A stretch of 63,677 nucleotides of DNA, filler included, from Octopus bimaculoides (GCF_001194135.2; 7 parts of 6 records of this genome joined end to end with filler, not necessarily neighbours in it); one strand, 5' to 3'; positions 35,241 through 48,302 are shown, counted from the first letter of the whole stretch. The notes: a model not told the origin generated them from the letters alone. Made by a program: numbers and translations.

Positions 35241-36034
35241 AAAGTAGAAAAGAATAGTTACTTAATACAATATCTATACGGATATACATTCTTGTTTTTT
35301 TTTTTACTTTAGGTTCAAAGCACCATATTCTTTCTATAAGCATGTAACTGCAAATAGCTGAAATTTACTTAATTAGTGATTTGTTATTAGAATAAATCCT
35401 TGTGGCAAAGTCAGTACTAATATCTGAATGTTTAATTTAATTTTCTTTTATTTTATTTTTTAATGCAAGTTTTCCTGTGCGAATTAAAATCTGGTTTAAA
35501 TGAAAGGGACCCCCCCCCCCCCCACCACCCTAAAAAAAGAAACAACAATAAACAAAAAAGAAATGAGAAAAAATCAAACAAACGAACTAGTTTTACGAAA
35601 GAGTAATGGCTTGTCAAGTCTGAAACAAAATGGCTGGCAAACGTCTGAAAAGAGAGGAAATAAAACAGAAAGTTAAAAAAAGGTGGGCATATGTAAGTAA
35701 GTCTGTTTTTAGTTTTATGAGTCCAGCATTTCCTGTGGTATGTCATACATTCAAGGTCATTCTCATTCAATGAATCGGTGTAGCACTAGATTTGTTTGAC
35801 CTGCAACAATGTTATTTTACGAAGACATAATATTTTGCATGTTTTAGTACATGAATCCTGTTCTTACTTGTCTTATATTGTGAAGTATATATTTTCCAGT
35901 TATATTACAAATAATAACAAGAATAAAGCAAGAATATTTTAGTGATGAAGAACAGATTTTTCAAACGATATTTTGTTTTCAATGTTTGCAATGGTTTGTA
36001 TATTTAATGTTTTAATGCAGATTTGTTTCAAAGC

Positions 36035-36200
36035 ACAGGCATGACTGTGGTTAAGAATATCGCTTAGCAGCCACGTGGTTTCAGGTTCAGTATTCATGCG
36101 CGGCACCTTGGGCAAGTACCTTCCACTACTATAGCCCTTGGTTCACCAAAGCCTTGTGAATGACTTTAAATGGCTTCGGTAGACTGAAAATGAAGGAAAT
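36035..36200 (+). mobile_element. Diverged SINE B 5' half
   Basis: ggcatgactgtggttaag...ggcaccttgggcaag...ccaaagccttgtga. Confidence 0.7.
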
Positions 36201-36548
36201 TCGTCATAGATATACATACATACATACATGCATACATACATACAGACAGACAGACATACAGACAGACATACATAATACATACATACATACATACATACAT
36301 ACATACATGTCTCTTATATATACATATATATATATATANNNNNNNNNNNNNNNNNNNNNNNNNNNNNNNNNNNNNNNNNNNNNNNNNNNNNNNNNNNNNN
36401 CCTGTCCTTGTTTTCTTTGTATCGTCTATCTGGTTGTTTTGTTGTTCCATTTTTGTATCACCTAACTGTCTGGATGTTTTGCGTTCTTGTCCCATTTTGT
36501 ATTTTATATATATATATATAAAATACATGCACACACACACACACACAC

Positions 36549-37270
36549 TAGGAGTGTTCATTAAAGATTTCCCTTGACCCACTTCTCAAGGACTGAGATA
36601 AACGAAACTTGGCATAATTGTTAGTCCTTCTCTACATAGCCACCACCAGTGGTGACATACTTCTCTCATCGCTTTATGCAGCTGTGAAGACCTCGTCTGT
36701 AGAAGTTGGTAGGTTGCATCTAGAGCCAAGACTTTACCTTGGAAATAAGTTCATTGTCATCTGAAAAGTGCTTCTCCTTCAAAAAAAGGCTGCACGGTTG
36801 ATAAGAGGAGGAAGTCAGATGGTGCGACGTCAGGAGAGTAAGGGGGATGAGGAAGGATTTCATAGCCACGGGAGTGTGCTTTCATCTGGGCAACATACGC
36901 ATTGTGAACTGGGGCGTTGTCTTGGAGGAGGCAGACTCTTTTGGTCACCATTCCACGCCTCTCTACTTTGATGGCGTCTTGCAATTTCTGCAGCAGAGAA
37001 GCATAAAATGCCTCGTTAATTGTGGTGCCCTTTGCCAGAAAATCCATCATCACTACTCCGCGCTGGTCTAAAAAGACTGTGAGCATTATCGTACCTGCTG
37101 AGGGTTGGACACAGGCCTTCTTTGGAGGTGGTGAGTTATCATGCTTCCATCGCTTCGACTGGACTTTAGTCTCAGGATCATAATGATGGACCCATGTTTT
37201 ATCCTGTGTGATTAGTCTGCCGAAAAGACCTTCACGTTTTCTTGATACATTGCCAAAATGCCTCGGAGCA
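36549..37270 (-). mobile_element. Mariner (DD34D) transposon, 3' two-thirds
   Basis: ITQDKTWVHHYDPETK, LLQDNAPVH, PHPPYSPDVAPSDF and C-terminal GGYVEKD*; frameshifts present. Confidence 0.9.
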
Positions 37271-37274
37271 ATTG

Positions 37275-37620
37275 ACTAGTTCCTACTTCTGAAAAGGTGT
37301 GAAAATCCAGGGAATTCTTGGCAATGAGAAGGAAGTGGCCGTACTCCAAGCCATAGAAACAGAAGTAAGGAATTGGTGAGGCAAAGTTCTGGATATATTG
37401 ATCCAAATTTCAGTAGAAAATATGGAGAAACTGGCAGAAACGGTATCAGTAGGTGATACAGTAATGAAGGTGTAGGTAGAGGGAAGAATCCCTCGCCGCT
37501 ACAAATGTGGCCAAAAGGGCCACATTAGAGCGTACTGCCCTAAAAAACCCAGCTTACACAGGAGAAGGTCGAAAAGGAGAAGGAAATGGTGGAAGAGAAG
37601 GAGGAAACTGACGAGGAAAG
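37275..37620 (+). mobile_element. Tx1/L1-like ORF1 fragment with degenerate CCHC zinc knuckle
   Basis: ETVSVGDTVMKV*VEGRIPRRYKCGQKGHIRAYCP (37497-37541; first Cys mutated to Arg). Confidence 0.55.
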
Positions 37621-37629
37621 ATGGAGAGT

Positions 37630-37857
37630 AGCTGGAAGGAGAGCTTCATATTTGAAGATGCAAAAACAACCTTTCGTGATTTCATCATCGCTTGCTCTCC
37701 AGAATTCTTCGCTGCTGGTATAAATAAGCTACCGATAAAATGGCAAAATTGTGTTGATAATTTAGATGCATACTTTGATGAACTGCATTGCTGTTTGTTG
37801 AAATAAAGTAAAATAAATTTCCAGTTCAAAATCGGACATGTCTTTCTTAATGACCTG

Positions 37858-37860
<3 letters not shown>
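37630..37860 (+). mobile_element. 3' end of a second, different mariner element
   Basis: FFAAGINKLPIKWQNCVDNLDAYFDE, then terminus cggacatgtctttcttaatgacctga-TA. Confidence 0.75.
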
Positions 37861-37904
<44 letters not shown>

Positions 37905-38000
37905 ACATGCATATCTACTTATAAGTAAGCATATATTTGTGTGTGTATATATGTATATATATATATGCATATATTATATATAAAAATCTATACATAGATG

Positions 38001-38055
<55 letters not shown>

Positions 38056-38329
38056 ATACCTCTATAACTATGCCTGTATATACATCACTCTACACATATT
38101 TCTATCTTTGTCTGTCTGTCTGTCTGACTATCTGTCTTTCTCACTCTCTCTGTATGTGTATATGTACATGTACACACACACACACACACACACACACCAC
38201 ACACGCACACATACACACATATATATAAATTTAATTATGCCAAGGACTTATAATCTCTTAAGGGATATTTGCATCCTTGTTTCCGGTTTTTACCGGGGTT
38301 TTCCGAAAATCCGCTCAGGGCTGTTAAAC

Positions 38330-39580
38330 GGAAAATTCTATATTACAAAACTATTTTTGGGCTTAAATAACCGCCCACTTATAATAAGCGCCCATGGGCG
38401 GTAATATGGAAGTAAAATATTTCACCTAAGAAAAACAAAGATATTCTCAAAAACCATATTTATTTTATACAGTTCCACTGAACTTCTATCGTTTCAGTTA
38501 TCAGATATATAGACATAAAGAAACTGAAACACCCTTAAAAGAAGTAGCATATTAAAAAAATATTCTGAAGTTAACAATTGATCTATTAGGAAATATTGAA
38601 AATTAAACTGTTGAAAACATGAATAGAAGCTTCATATGAACAAAAAATGTCCTTGGGCATTTATGGTAGAAAAATAACCGAATAGTTTCTAGTTAAATAT
38701 CACGAATTTTTTCATTTGCTGCTTGGCCATAATTCGCATCAAAGCAAATTTCATTTACTTGTATCTCATCTTCTTAAATTTTGTCATTATGTGCATCTGG
38801 TGCATTTGCCTCAAGGCCAGACAAAACATCCAGTAAGCGTGAGTTTAAGATGCTATATTCTAGAGTCTGTCCACGAGGAGCAATTCTACAACATTCAAAA
38901 GCACGCTTTATAGTTTCTTTATTTAAAGTAGCAACAGTTTGGGTTACAAAATTCACTATCTCTTGATAAGAAGGTTTTTTTGCGATATCCTTTATTTGTA
39001 TACTCCGTTTTGCCATTTGAAAACCAATTTTCCCATTCAGCACGAAGGGTTTTCTTGAAAGAACCAATAACTGATACATCTAACGGCTGCAAGTAAGATG
39101 TTGTTTTAGGAGGTATAAGTTTGAGAATTGTATTCCTGCGTTTGAACACTTCTAGGAACTCTGTTTTCTGATGCACTGAGCACTCATCCATGAATAGCAC
39201 TGAATTTTGAGCATGGAATAGTTGTGCTGTTCTCTGCTCATATACTTTGTCAGCCCACAGCTGCATGAGTTCATATGTGATTGATCCTTTGTTGGAGACT
39301 GTTAAATAAGCATTTTTTGGGACCTTGATTTTAGACACGTTTTACAATCCTTTAAGGATAATCATTGCTTTCAACACCTTTCCTGCAGCATTAACACACA
39401 ACACAGCAGTAAGACGAGCTTTGGTAGCACCACAGTGACTAGCATCTACATTTTTATTGCCAACAAAGTCTATGGTTATTGAACTCAACATGTCAACGTA
39501 TACAGGTATTTCATCCATATTATAAATCTGGTCAGTATCCTTATCTGCTGTTAATACTAGAAGCCTATCTAGATAGTCAC
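38330..39580 (-). mobile_element. pogo/Tigger-like transposon remnant (DDE_1 domain)
   Basis: IYNMDEIPVYVDM, RLTAVLCVNAAGKVLKAMIILKG, VLFMDECSVH and LIPPKTTSYLQPLDV motifs with frameshifts. Confidence 0.9.
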
Positions 39581-40166
39581 TTTGCAGCTAATATCCAAGT
39601 CAGTTGAGCAAGTGATTAGGCGAATGGATTTGACAGTGGCATAGATACCAATTTTCGGAAAGAATATTTGATAATGCAGTGTAACATTACAACAAAAATA
39701 GGTTAGAGGCAGATGGGATATAGGAAGGATTTGTGTCACAGACAGAAATAAAAATTGCATAAGTGCTTCAAGTGCAATTAGGCAGTTGTGCGAATGAATA
39801 AAGGTTTGACATTACTCCAAGAGTATTAGTGTATGGCGAGACACTTGTCTGGTAGATTATTTCATATTTTAATTATTTGATTTGAATTGAGAAGTGAAAC
39901 TATGAAAGGTCATGCCTTTCTCAAGAGTATTATTAGAAACGCGAGTGCATTAAAAAAAAAGGAAGCTTCATCCGGCAATACACCTTCAATAATATTTCTA
40001 ATATGTGAGAGACGCAGACAATAAAGTGATCGTAAAAGACATTCTCTCACATCACTTTAAATATCATACATACCTATGTCTATCTATATATACATATATG
40101 TGTGTGTGTGTGTACAAATACATGTACACATATATACATACATACGTATATGTGTGTATGTGTATG

Positions 40167-40251
<85 letters not shown>

Positions 40252-40273
40252 ATATATATATATATATATATAT

Positions 40274-40373
40274 NNNNNNNNNNNNNNNNNNNNNNNNNNN
40301 NNNNNNNNNNNNNNNNNTTAATTAATTAANNNNNNNNNNNNNNNNNNNNNNNNNNNNNNNNNNNNNNNNNNNN
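40274..40373. other. Artificial scaffold joint
   Basis: TTAATTAATTAA at 40318-40329 flanked by 44 N on each side. Confidence 0.97.
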
Positions 40374-40419
<46 letters not shown>

Positions 40420-40521
40420 TGTATATATATATATATTTATATATGAATATATATATATATGTATATATGAATATATACATATATATATGTATATATACAT
40501 ATACATGCATACGTATATATA

Positions 40522-40561
<40 letters not shown>

Positions 40562-40704
40562 TACATATATATATATATATGTACATACATACACACATAC
40601 ATAGTCCATCTCCTCCTGTCTATAATTTTTTCCCTTCCATTTACTCATTGTCTGCCACACAACTTAGGACATGCACTCATCCTGCCCCACTGCACTTATG
40701 TGAC

Positions 40705-40915
40705 ATAGTTGGCAGAATCGTTACTGCGTCGGGCAAAATACTTAACGGCATTTCTTCCGTCCTTGCGCTCTGTGTTCAAATTCCGCCGAGGTCGACTTGA
40801 CTTTTTTATCCTTTCGTGGTCGATACAATCAGTACCAGTTGTGTACTGGAGTCAATGTGATCGACTACGCACCTCCTCCCAAATTCCAGGCCTTCTGCCT
40901 ATACTAGAAAGGATT
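40705..40915 (+). mobile_element. SINE family A
   Basis: ttggcagaatcgttac...ttcaaattccgccgaggtcgac...ccaggccttctgcctatactagaaagg. Confidence 0.85.
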
Positions 40916-42224
40916 ATTATCATTAGAATAGAGAACAGTTTCGGGGGCGGGGGTGACCATTAATTGTATTATCAATAGACTAAATGGAAGGTCAAAATGA
41001 ATGGCTGAAAGAAATGAGGAAATCGTTTAAATTAAATTAAAAAAAGAAAGGAAAAAGAGAATGAAGGAGATAAGCAGAAGGCGAAGAGGGAAATGAGAAA
41101 ATAAATGATAAGTATTACAACAGCAACAACAGCGAATAGTCTGTTAAAGTCTGTCATACCGGCCATGACGAAGGGAAATAGCCCTGAAACTCGAGTCGCC
41201 TTTATATATTTATATTTATATATTTGATCCTTTATACTGAACACTCAATATTTCATCTACATTCAATACTTTATTTCATGGTGCCATCCATTTTTATTTT
41301 ATTTTATTTTATATTATATATTGTATATTCCATATTCTATACCCCACATTGGTTCTGCAGGAATATAAATAAAACATAAAAAACAGACAGTGTTGGAACT
41401 CTTTTAAACAAAATAATATATATANNNNNNNNNNNNNNNNNNNNNNNNNNNNNNNNNNNNNNNNNNNNNNNNNNNNNNNNNNNNNNNNNNNNNNNNNNNN
41501 NNNNNNNNNNNNNNNNNNNNNNNNNNNNNNNNNNNNNNNNNNNNNNNNNNNNNNNNNNNNNNNNNNNNNNNNNNNNNNNNNNNNNNNNNNNNNNNNNNNN
41601 NNNNNNNNNNNNNNNNNNNNNNNNNNNNNNNNNNNNNNNNNNNNNNNNNNNNNNNNNNNNNNNNNNNNNNNNNNNNNNNNNNNNNNNNNNNNNNNNNNNN
41701 NNNNNNNNNNNNNNNNNNNNNNNNNNNNNNNNNNNNNNNNNNNNNNNNNNNNNNNNNNNNNNNNNNNNNNNNNNNNNNNNNNNNNNNNNNNNNNNNNNNN
41801 NNNNNNNNNNNNNNNNNNNNNNNNNNNNNNNNNNNNNNNNNNNNNNNNNNNNNNNNNNNNNNNNNNNNNNNNNNNNNNNNNNNNNNNNNNNNNNNNNNNN
41901 NNNNNNNNNNNNNNNNNNNNNNNNNNNNNNNNNNNNNNNNNNNNNNNNNNNNNNNNNNNNNNNNNNNNNNNNNNNNNNNNNNNNNNNNNNNNNNNNNNNN
42001 NNNNNNNNNNNNNNNNNNNNNNNNNNNNNNNNNNNNNNNNNNNNNNNNNNNNNNNNNNNNNNNNNNNNNNNNNNNNNNNNNNNNNNNNNNNNNNNNNNNN
42101 NNNNNNNNNNNNNNNNNNNNNNNNNNNNNNNNNNNNNNNNNNNNNNNNNNNNNNNNNNNNNNNNNNNNNNNNNNNNNNNNNNNNNNNNNNNNNNNNNNNN
42201 NNNNNNNNNNNNNNNNNNNNNNNN

Positions 42225-42261
<37 letters not shown>

Positions 42262-42491
42262 ATAGCCTTTCTAAAGTAAATATTCTCTATTGCTACTACT
42301 GCTGTATACAATTACACAATAATTCTGCACGACAATATTTACATATATAAAAATGTGTGTGTATCTGCGCACACGCCTGTGTGTGTATACGTTAAAATGT
42401 ATGTATAAAATAGTATCCGTTTCTGTAAATATTTAATCCATAACTGTTAGTGTGTATTATACACGTATATGCATATACATGTATAATAAAT

Positions 42492-42527
<36 letters not shown>

Positions 42528-42537
42528 NNNNNNNNNN

Positions 42538-42559
<22 letters not shown>

Positions 42560-42569
<10 letters not shown>

Positions 42570-42775
42570 ATGTGCGTGTGTGTGTGTCTGTGTTTGTCCC
42601 CAACATGCTGGTGTGTTTATGTCCCCGTAACTTAGCGGTTCGGCAAAATACACGGATAGAATAAGTACTGACTTAAAAAGAATAAGTCCTGGGGGTCGAT
42701 TTTCTCCACTAAAGGCGGTACCCCAGCATGGCTGCAGTTGAAATGACTGACACAAGTAGAAGAATAAAAGAATAT
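42560..42775 (+). mobile_element. SINE B 3' half
   Basis: gtgtttgtcccc...cgtaacttagcggttcggcaaaa...aaatgactgacacaagtagaag. Confidence 0.85.
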
Positions 42776-43469
42776 ATATATATTTTTTATGCACACACAC
42801 ATTCATNNNNNNNNNNNNNNNNNNNNNNNNNNNNNNNNNNNNNNNNNNNNNNNNNNNNNNNNNNNNNNNNNNNNNNNNNNNNNNNNNNNNNNNNNNNNNN
42901 NNNNNNNNNNNNNNNNNNNNNNNNNNNNNNNNNNNNNNNNNNNNNNNNNNNNNNNNNNNNNNNNNNNNNNNNNNNNNNNNNNNNNNNNNNNNNNNNNNNN
43001 NNNNNNNNNNNNNNNNNNNNNNNNNNNNNNNNNNNNNNNNNNNNNNNNNNNNNNNNNNNNNNNNNNNNNNNNNNNNNNNNNNNNNNNNNNNNNNNNNNNN
43101 NNNNNNNNNNNNNNNNNNNNNNNNNNNNNNNNNNNNNNNNNNNNNNNNNNNNNNNNNNNNNNNNNNNNNNNNNNNNNNNNNNNNNNNNNNNNNNNNNNNN
43201 NNNNNNNNNNNNNNNNNNNNNNNNNNNNNNNNNNNNNNNNNNNNNNNNNNNNNNNNNNNNNNNNNNNNNNNNNNNNNNNNNNNNNNNNNNNNNNNNNNNN
43301 NNNNNNNNNNNNNNNNNNNNNNNNNNNNNNNNNNNNNNNNNNNNNNNNNNNNNNNNNNNNNNNNNNNNNNNNNNNNNNNNNNNNNNNNNNNNNNNNNNNN
43401 NNNNNNNNNNNNNNNNNNNNNNNNNNNNNNNNNNNNNNNNNNNNNNNNNNNNNNNNNNNNNNNATATAT

Positions 43470-43524
43470 GTGCTTTCGTTGCGAGTCGCGTAACAACGGC
43501 AAGTGGGTTCGACTCCCACGCGGA
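43470..43524 (+). ncRNA. tRNA-like 3' fragment (pseudo-tRNA or SINE head)
   Basis: Perfect T-arm GTGGG-TTCGACT-CCCAC at 43503-43519; no convincing anticodon or D arm; the 5' side runs into (TA)n and a gap. Confidence 0.3.
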
Positions 43525-43640
43525 TAGAAAAGCCTTCTTCTTTTTCTGTCGAGGGCTTAACAGCCCCTTTATTAGACTGTTTTCCTTAGTCAATGCATGG
43601 TGATCGCCATAAGCTTTAAGCTTATATAAAAATACCATAA

Positions 43641-43672
<32 letters not shown>

Positions 43673-43922
43673 TTGTGTTCAATGTGTACATACATGTATG
43701 CATGTATGTATATATATATATATATATACACGTGTGTGTGTGTGTGTGTGTGTATGCATGTGTTAAGTGAAGTTTGTATAAAGATATATTTCACATTTCT
43801 GTCTCATGTCCCATTGTCTGTGTTGCATTATAAACGAAACCCAATACGTCATATTCTTTTAAACTGGAATATTACAGAACACTACTTCCCCACACTCTCT
43901 CTCTCATTTCATATTTCCCTCT

Positions 43923-43957
<35 letters not shown>

Positions 43958-44214
43958 TCTCACACGCGCACATCTACCTCTCAGTCTTGTCTACTTTGTA
44001 TCTATCGTTGTCGCTTTTTACTTATTTTCAATCTCCCGTCCTCTTAATACAAACATACGTGCATTCATCCGTCCATCGCTACATGCATACATATGGTATA
44101 TACACACATTTATACATAATTACCTATGTACGCATATACATAAATAAATAAATACGTTCACTCGTATATACATACATTTAAGTATTTAAGATATATACAT
44201 ATGTGCCTGTTTGT

Positions 44215-44271
<57 letters not shown>

Positions 44272-44523
44272 GATCGATCGATCGATCTATCTATGTACAT
44301 ATATGTGTCCAGCGTAATTGTATTTCTCTACGTCATTACCTCCACATAACCTTGTCTTGGGCTTCTCTCCTGGCTACTCTTGACACCAGGAACCTTGACA
44401 AAGATGAAGAATTCGGAGTTTAATTTCAAATTCATTTGAACAATACTACATGTTTTCTATACCGAGTGCACCTACCTCTCGCTCACCTATTGTCTGTATA
44501 TGTGCATTCATACATACATACAT

Positions 44524-44583
<60 letters not shown>

Positions 44584-45353
44584 GCATGCATATATACATA
44601 TATATTTATATGTNNNNNNNNNNNNNNNNNNNNNNNNNNNNNNNNNNNNNNNNNNNNNNNNNNNNNNNNNNNNNNNNNNNNNNNNNNNNNNNNNNNNNNN
44701 NNNNNNNNNNNNNNNNNNNNNNNNNNNNNNNNNNNNNNNNNNNNNNNNNNNNNNNNNNNNNNNNNNNNNNNNNNNNNNNNNNNNNNNNNNNNNNNNNNNN
44801 NNNNNNNNNNNNNNNNNNNNNNNNNNNNNNNNNNNNNNNNNNNNNNNNNNNNNNNNNNNNNNNNNNNNNNNNNNNNNNNNNNNNNNNNNNNNNNNNNNNN
44901 NNNNNNNNNNNNNNNNNNNNNNNNNNNNNNNNNNNNNNNNNNNNNNNNNNNNNNNNNNNNNNNNNNNNNNNNNNNNNNNNNNNNNNNNNNNNNNNNNNNN
45001 NNNNNNNNNNNNNNNNNNNNNNNNNNNNNNNNNNNNNNNNNNNNNNNNNNNNNNNNNNNNNNNNNNNNNNNNNNNNNNNNNNNNNNNNNNNNNNNNNNNN
45101 NNNNNNNNNNNNNNNNNNNNNNNNNNNNNNNNNNNNNNNNNNNNNNNNNNNNNNNNNNNNNNNNNNNNNNNNNNNNNNNNNNNNNNNNNNNNNNNNNNNN
45201 NNNNNTATATATATATACATACATATTTGCATATATATATATATATATACGTGTGTGTGTGTATATATATATATATGTATATATACACACATCTATGTAC
45301 ATGCATGTACATTTATATATACACGTTTTCTTTGTGTATATGTTTGCATGCGC

Positions 45354-45384
<31 letters not shown>

Positions 45385-45644
45385 TATGTGTATGTATGTA
45401 TGTATGTATGTATGTTTGTGATCGTTCCCAATTTTGCGCCAGGCTTTGGTGCTCATGCATGACTGAATACATAAGTCTATGAGCATAAAATAAGCATTTC
45501 AATGTACGGCTGTACGGCTGTACGACTGTACGACTGTTGTGGCTGCTGTTTGGAAACGGTGAGAACGAACACACGCAGACTGAAACATAAGCACGCCTAC
45601 ACACTCATGCCTATATACATAAACACACACATATACAGATATAC

Positions 45645-46050
45645 TCTTTTACTCTTTTACTTGTTTCAGTCATTTGACTGCGGCCATGCTGGAGCACCGC
45701 CTTTAGTCGAGCAAATCGACCCCGGGACTTATTCTTTGTAAGCCTAGTGCTTATTCTATCGGTCTCTTTTTGCCGAACCGCTAAGTGACGGGGACATAAC
45801 ACACCAGCATCGGTTGTCAAGCAATGCTAGGAGGACAAACACAGACACACAAACATACGCACATATATATACATATACATATATTCGTCGGGCTTCTTTC
45901 AGTTTCCGTCTACCAAATCCACTCACAAGACTTTGGTCGGCCCGAGGCTATAGTAGAAGACACTTGCCCAAGGTGCCACGCAGTGGGACTGAACCCGGAA
46001 CCATGTAGCTGGTAAGCAAGCTACTTACCACACAGCCACTCCTGCGCCTA
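45645..46050 (-). mobile_element. SINE family B, full length
   Basis: Reverse complement of the 11244-11719 copy. Confidence 0.9.
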
Positions 46051-46640
46051 TATGCAGAAAAGATACACAACACTCTATAGACATNNNNNNNNNNNNNNNN
46101 NNNNNNNNNNNNNNNNNNNNNNNNNNNNNNNNNNNNNNNNNNNNNNNNNNNNNNNNNNNNNNNNNNNNNNNNNNNNNNNNNNNNNNNNNNNNNNNNNNNN
46201 NNNNNNNNNNNNNNNNNNNNNNNNNNNNNNNNNNNNNNNNNNNNNNNNNNNNNNNNNNNNNNNNNNNNNNNNNNNNNNNNNNNNNNNNNNNNNNNNNNNN
46301 NNNNNNNNNNNNNNNNNNNNNNNNNNNNNNNNNNNNNNNNNNNNNNNNNNNNNNNNNNNNNNNNNNNNNNNNNNNNNNNNNNNNNNNNNNNNNNNNNNNN
46401 NNNNNNNNNNNNNNNNNNNNNNNNNNNNNNNNNNNNNNNNNNNNNNNNNNNNNNNNNNNNNNNNNNNNNNNNNNNNNNNNNNNNNNNNNNNNNNNNNNNN
46501 NNNNNNNNNNNNNNNNNNNNNNNNNNNNNNNNNNNNNNNNNNNNNNNNNNNNNNNNNNNNNNNNNNNNNNNNNNNNNNNNNNNNNNNNNNNNNNNNNNNN
46601 NNNNNNNNNNNNNNNNNNNNNNNNNNNNNNNNNNNNNNNN

Positions 46641-46674
<34 letters not shown>

Positions 46675-46774
46675 GGGTGTATATGTGTGTGTGTATATAT
46701 ATCTACATGTGTGTGTGTATATATATATATATGTGTGAGTGTGTGTGTATGTATGTATATAAGTGTATATATAT

Positions 46775-46940
46775 ACGACGGGCTTCTTTCAGTTTCCGTC
46801 TATGAAATCCAATCACAAGGCTTTGGTCGGTTCGTGGCTATAGTAGAAAACACCGTCTCAAATTTCGCCGCAGTGGGATTGAACCCGGAATCATGTGGTT
46901 GGGAAGCTAGCTTCTTATTACACACCCACGTCTGCGCCTA
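46775..46940 (-). mobile_element. SINE B 5' half
   Basis: cgacgggcttctttcagtttccgtc...ttgaacccggaatcatgtggttgg. Confidence 0.8.
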
Positions 46941-47264
46941 CATTTCTCAACAAATGATTCTGTTGTGGACCAGATTCTCCATAACAATCATCTTTAGACT
47001 TTCAGCTAGTGATGCACCGTGTGTTATCCTGTTTTCTCCACCTTATTCTGTCCTCTCCGCGAAATCTCTACTACACAATGGCATTTTCCTTTTCCACTGC
47101 TCTGTATATTGTCCTAGATTCTGTCCGGTGGAGGACGATTGGTATAATAAGGCATGGCGAAGAGGAAGAGAGCATCAAAGGCGTTTGTGGCCTGACAGTA
47201 CCAGGAATGGACTAGAAACCAGAGCTAGTCTGATTCTGTGCTACGCAATATAGAGAGAACAATC

Positions 47265-47808
47265 AATACACGCACCGGTTCTATTTCACTTCTTTATTAT
47301 TAGTCAATTGGTTAACCATTTAATCAATTGATCTGTTGATTGAGTAATCGTTCGTTCAATCAAACAATCACTTAGGTTTAAGAAAGTCCTTTCGTAGTCA
47401 TTCAGAAGAAGGCCTGAACTACAGAGAGTATGTCATTGATGATGTCGTGATTGGCGACGAAGGATTTTGACAAACTTCATTGATCGAACGATTACTCAAA
47501 CAATCGATTAAGTAATTAGTGAAATACCTAGGCTGACTAATGATCTTTGCTGTTATAGGCCCAAGCTTGATATTTCGTGGGAAGAGCTAAGTCGAATACG
47601 TCGACCCCATTGTTTCACTGGTACATATTCTATCGACTCTGAGAAGATGAAAGACAAAGTCAACCTTGGCGGAATTTGAACTCAGAACGTAAAGACAGAT
47701 GCAATTCCATCAAGCATTTTGTATGGCGTTATAACGATTCTTCCAATTCACTGCCTTCAGGTTGACTAATAACAATATGAAAAGTGGAATAGAACCAGTA
47801 CGTGTGTT
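47265..47808. mobile_element. Old palindromic MITE carrying a SINE A insertion (-, ~47542-47759)
   Basis: Outer IR 47265-47308 / 47761-47808 and inner IR 47341-47360 / 47479-47499; the SINE is flanked by gg(c/t)tgactaat at 47531 and 47760. Confidence 0.7.
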
Positions 47809-48194
47809 TATTATTTGCATACTGACCCTCTCAAGATATAACAACATCTGTTTCAGCATGTGATCTCACATCAAGAATCTTATTAACCAAATGCGAAAAC
47901 GCATAATGTATATGTACTATAAATGATGCTATGGTATAATAAATTTAAAACAAACAAAACAAAAAACGAGAGAGTTACTGGATGTGGAGACTCCTTCGTG
48001 ATGTTCATATCGACTCCATAGATGTAACTAATCAGATAATTACCTCATTAATAAATGCATAAGACTAAACATATTAATATACCGGTCTGTTATCTTAGTT
48101 ATACACGTCTATAACTAAACACATTCATATAATAGTGTGTCATCTCATTAACACTTCACTTTTGTTATTTCGTCCCTCTTTCATGTCTCATCAG

Positions 48195-48302
48195 AGATAC
48201 ATGTGCCAGAGACGAGTCTCTGGTACCCGTCACAAGACATATTGAATGTCTCTTTCATAGTTTGGTCAATGGAAGCAACGACACTTTCAGTGACTGAAAC
48301 CA
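48195..48302 (+). CDS. Weak candidate 108-nt symmetric exon
   Basis: Long pyrimidine tract, tcatcag| acceptor and CCA|gtaaag donor; frame IHVPETSLWYPSQDILNVSFIVWSMEATTLSVTET. No homology recognised. Confidence 0.2.

Noticed and set aside
47118-47253. Terminal exon FCPVEDDWYNKAWRRGREHQRRLWPD; nAChR/chemotactile-receptor-like W.PD motif when joined to 48195
   Set aside because: Weak donor; the resemblance to ligand-gated channel loops is too short and mis-spaced to support.
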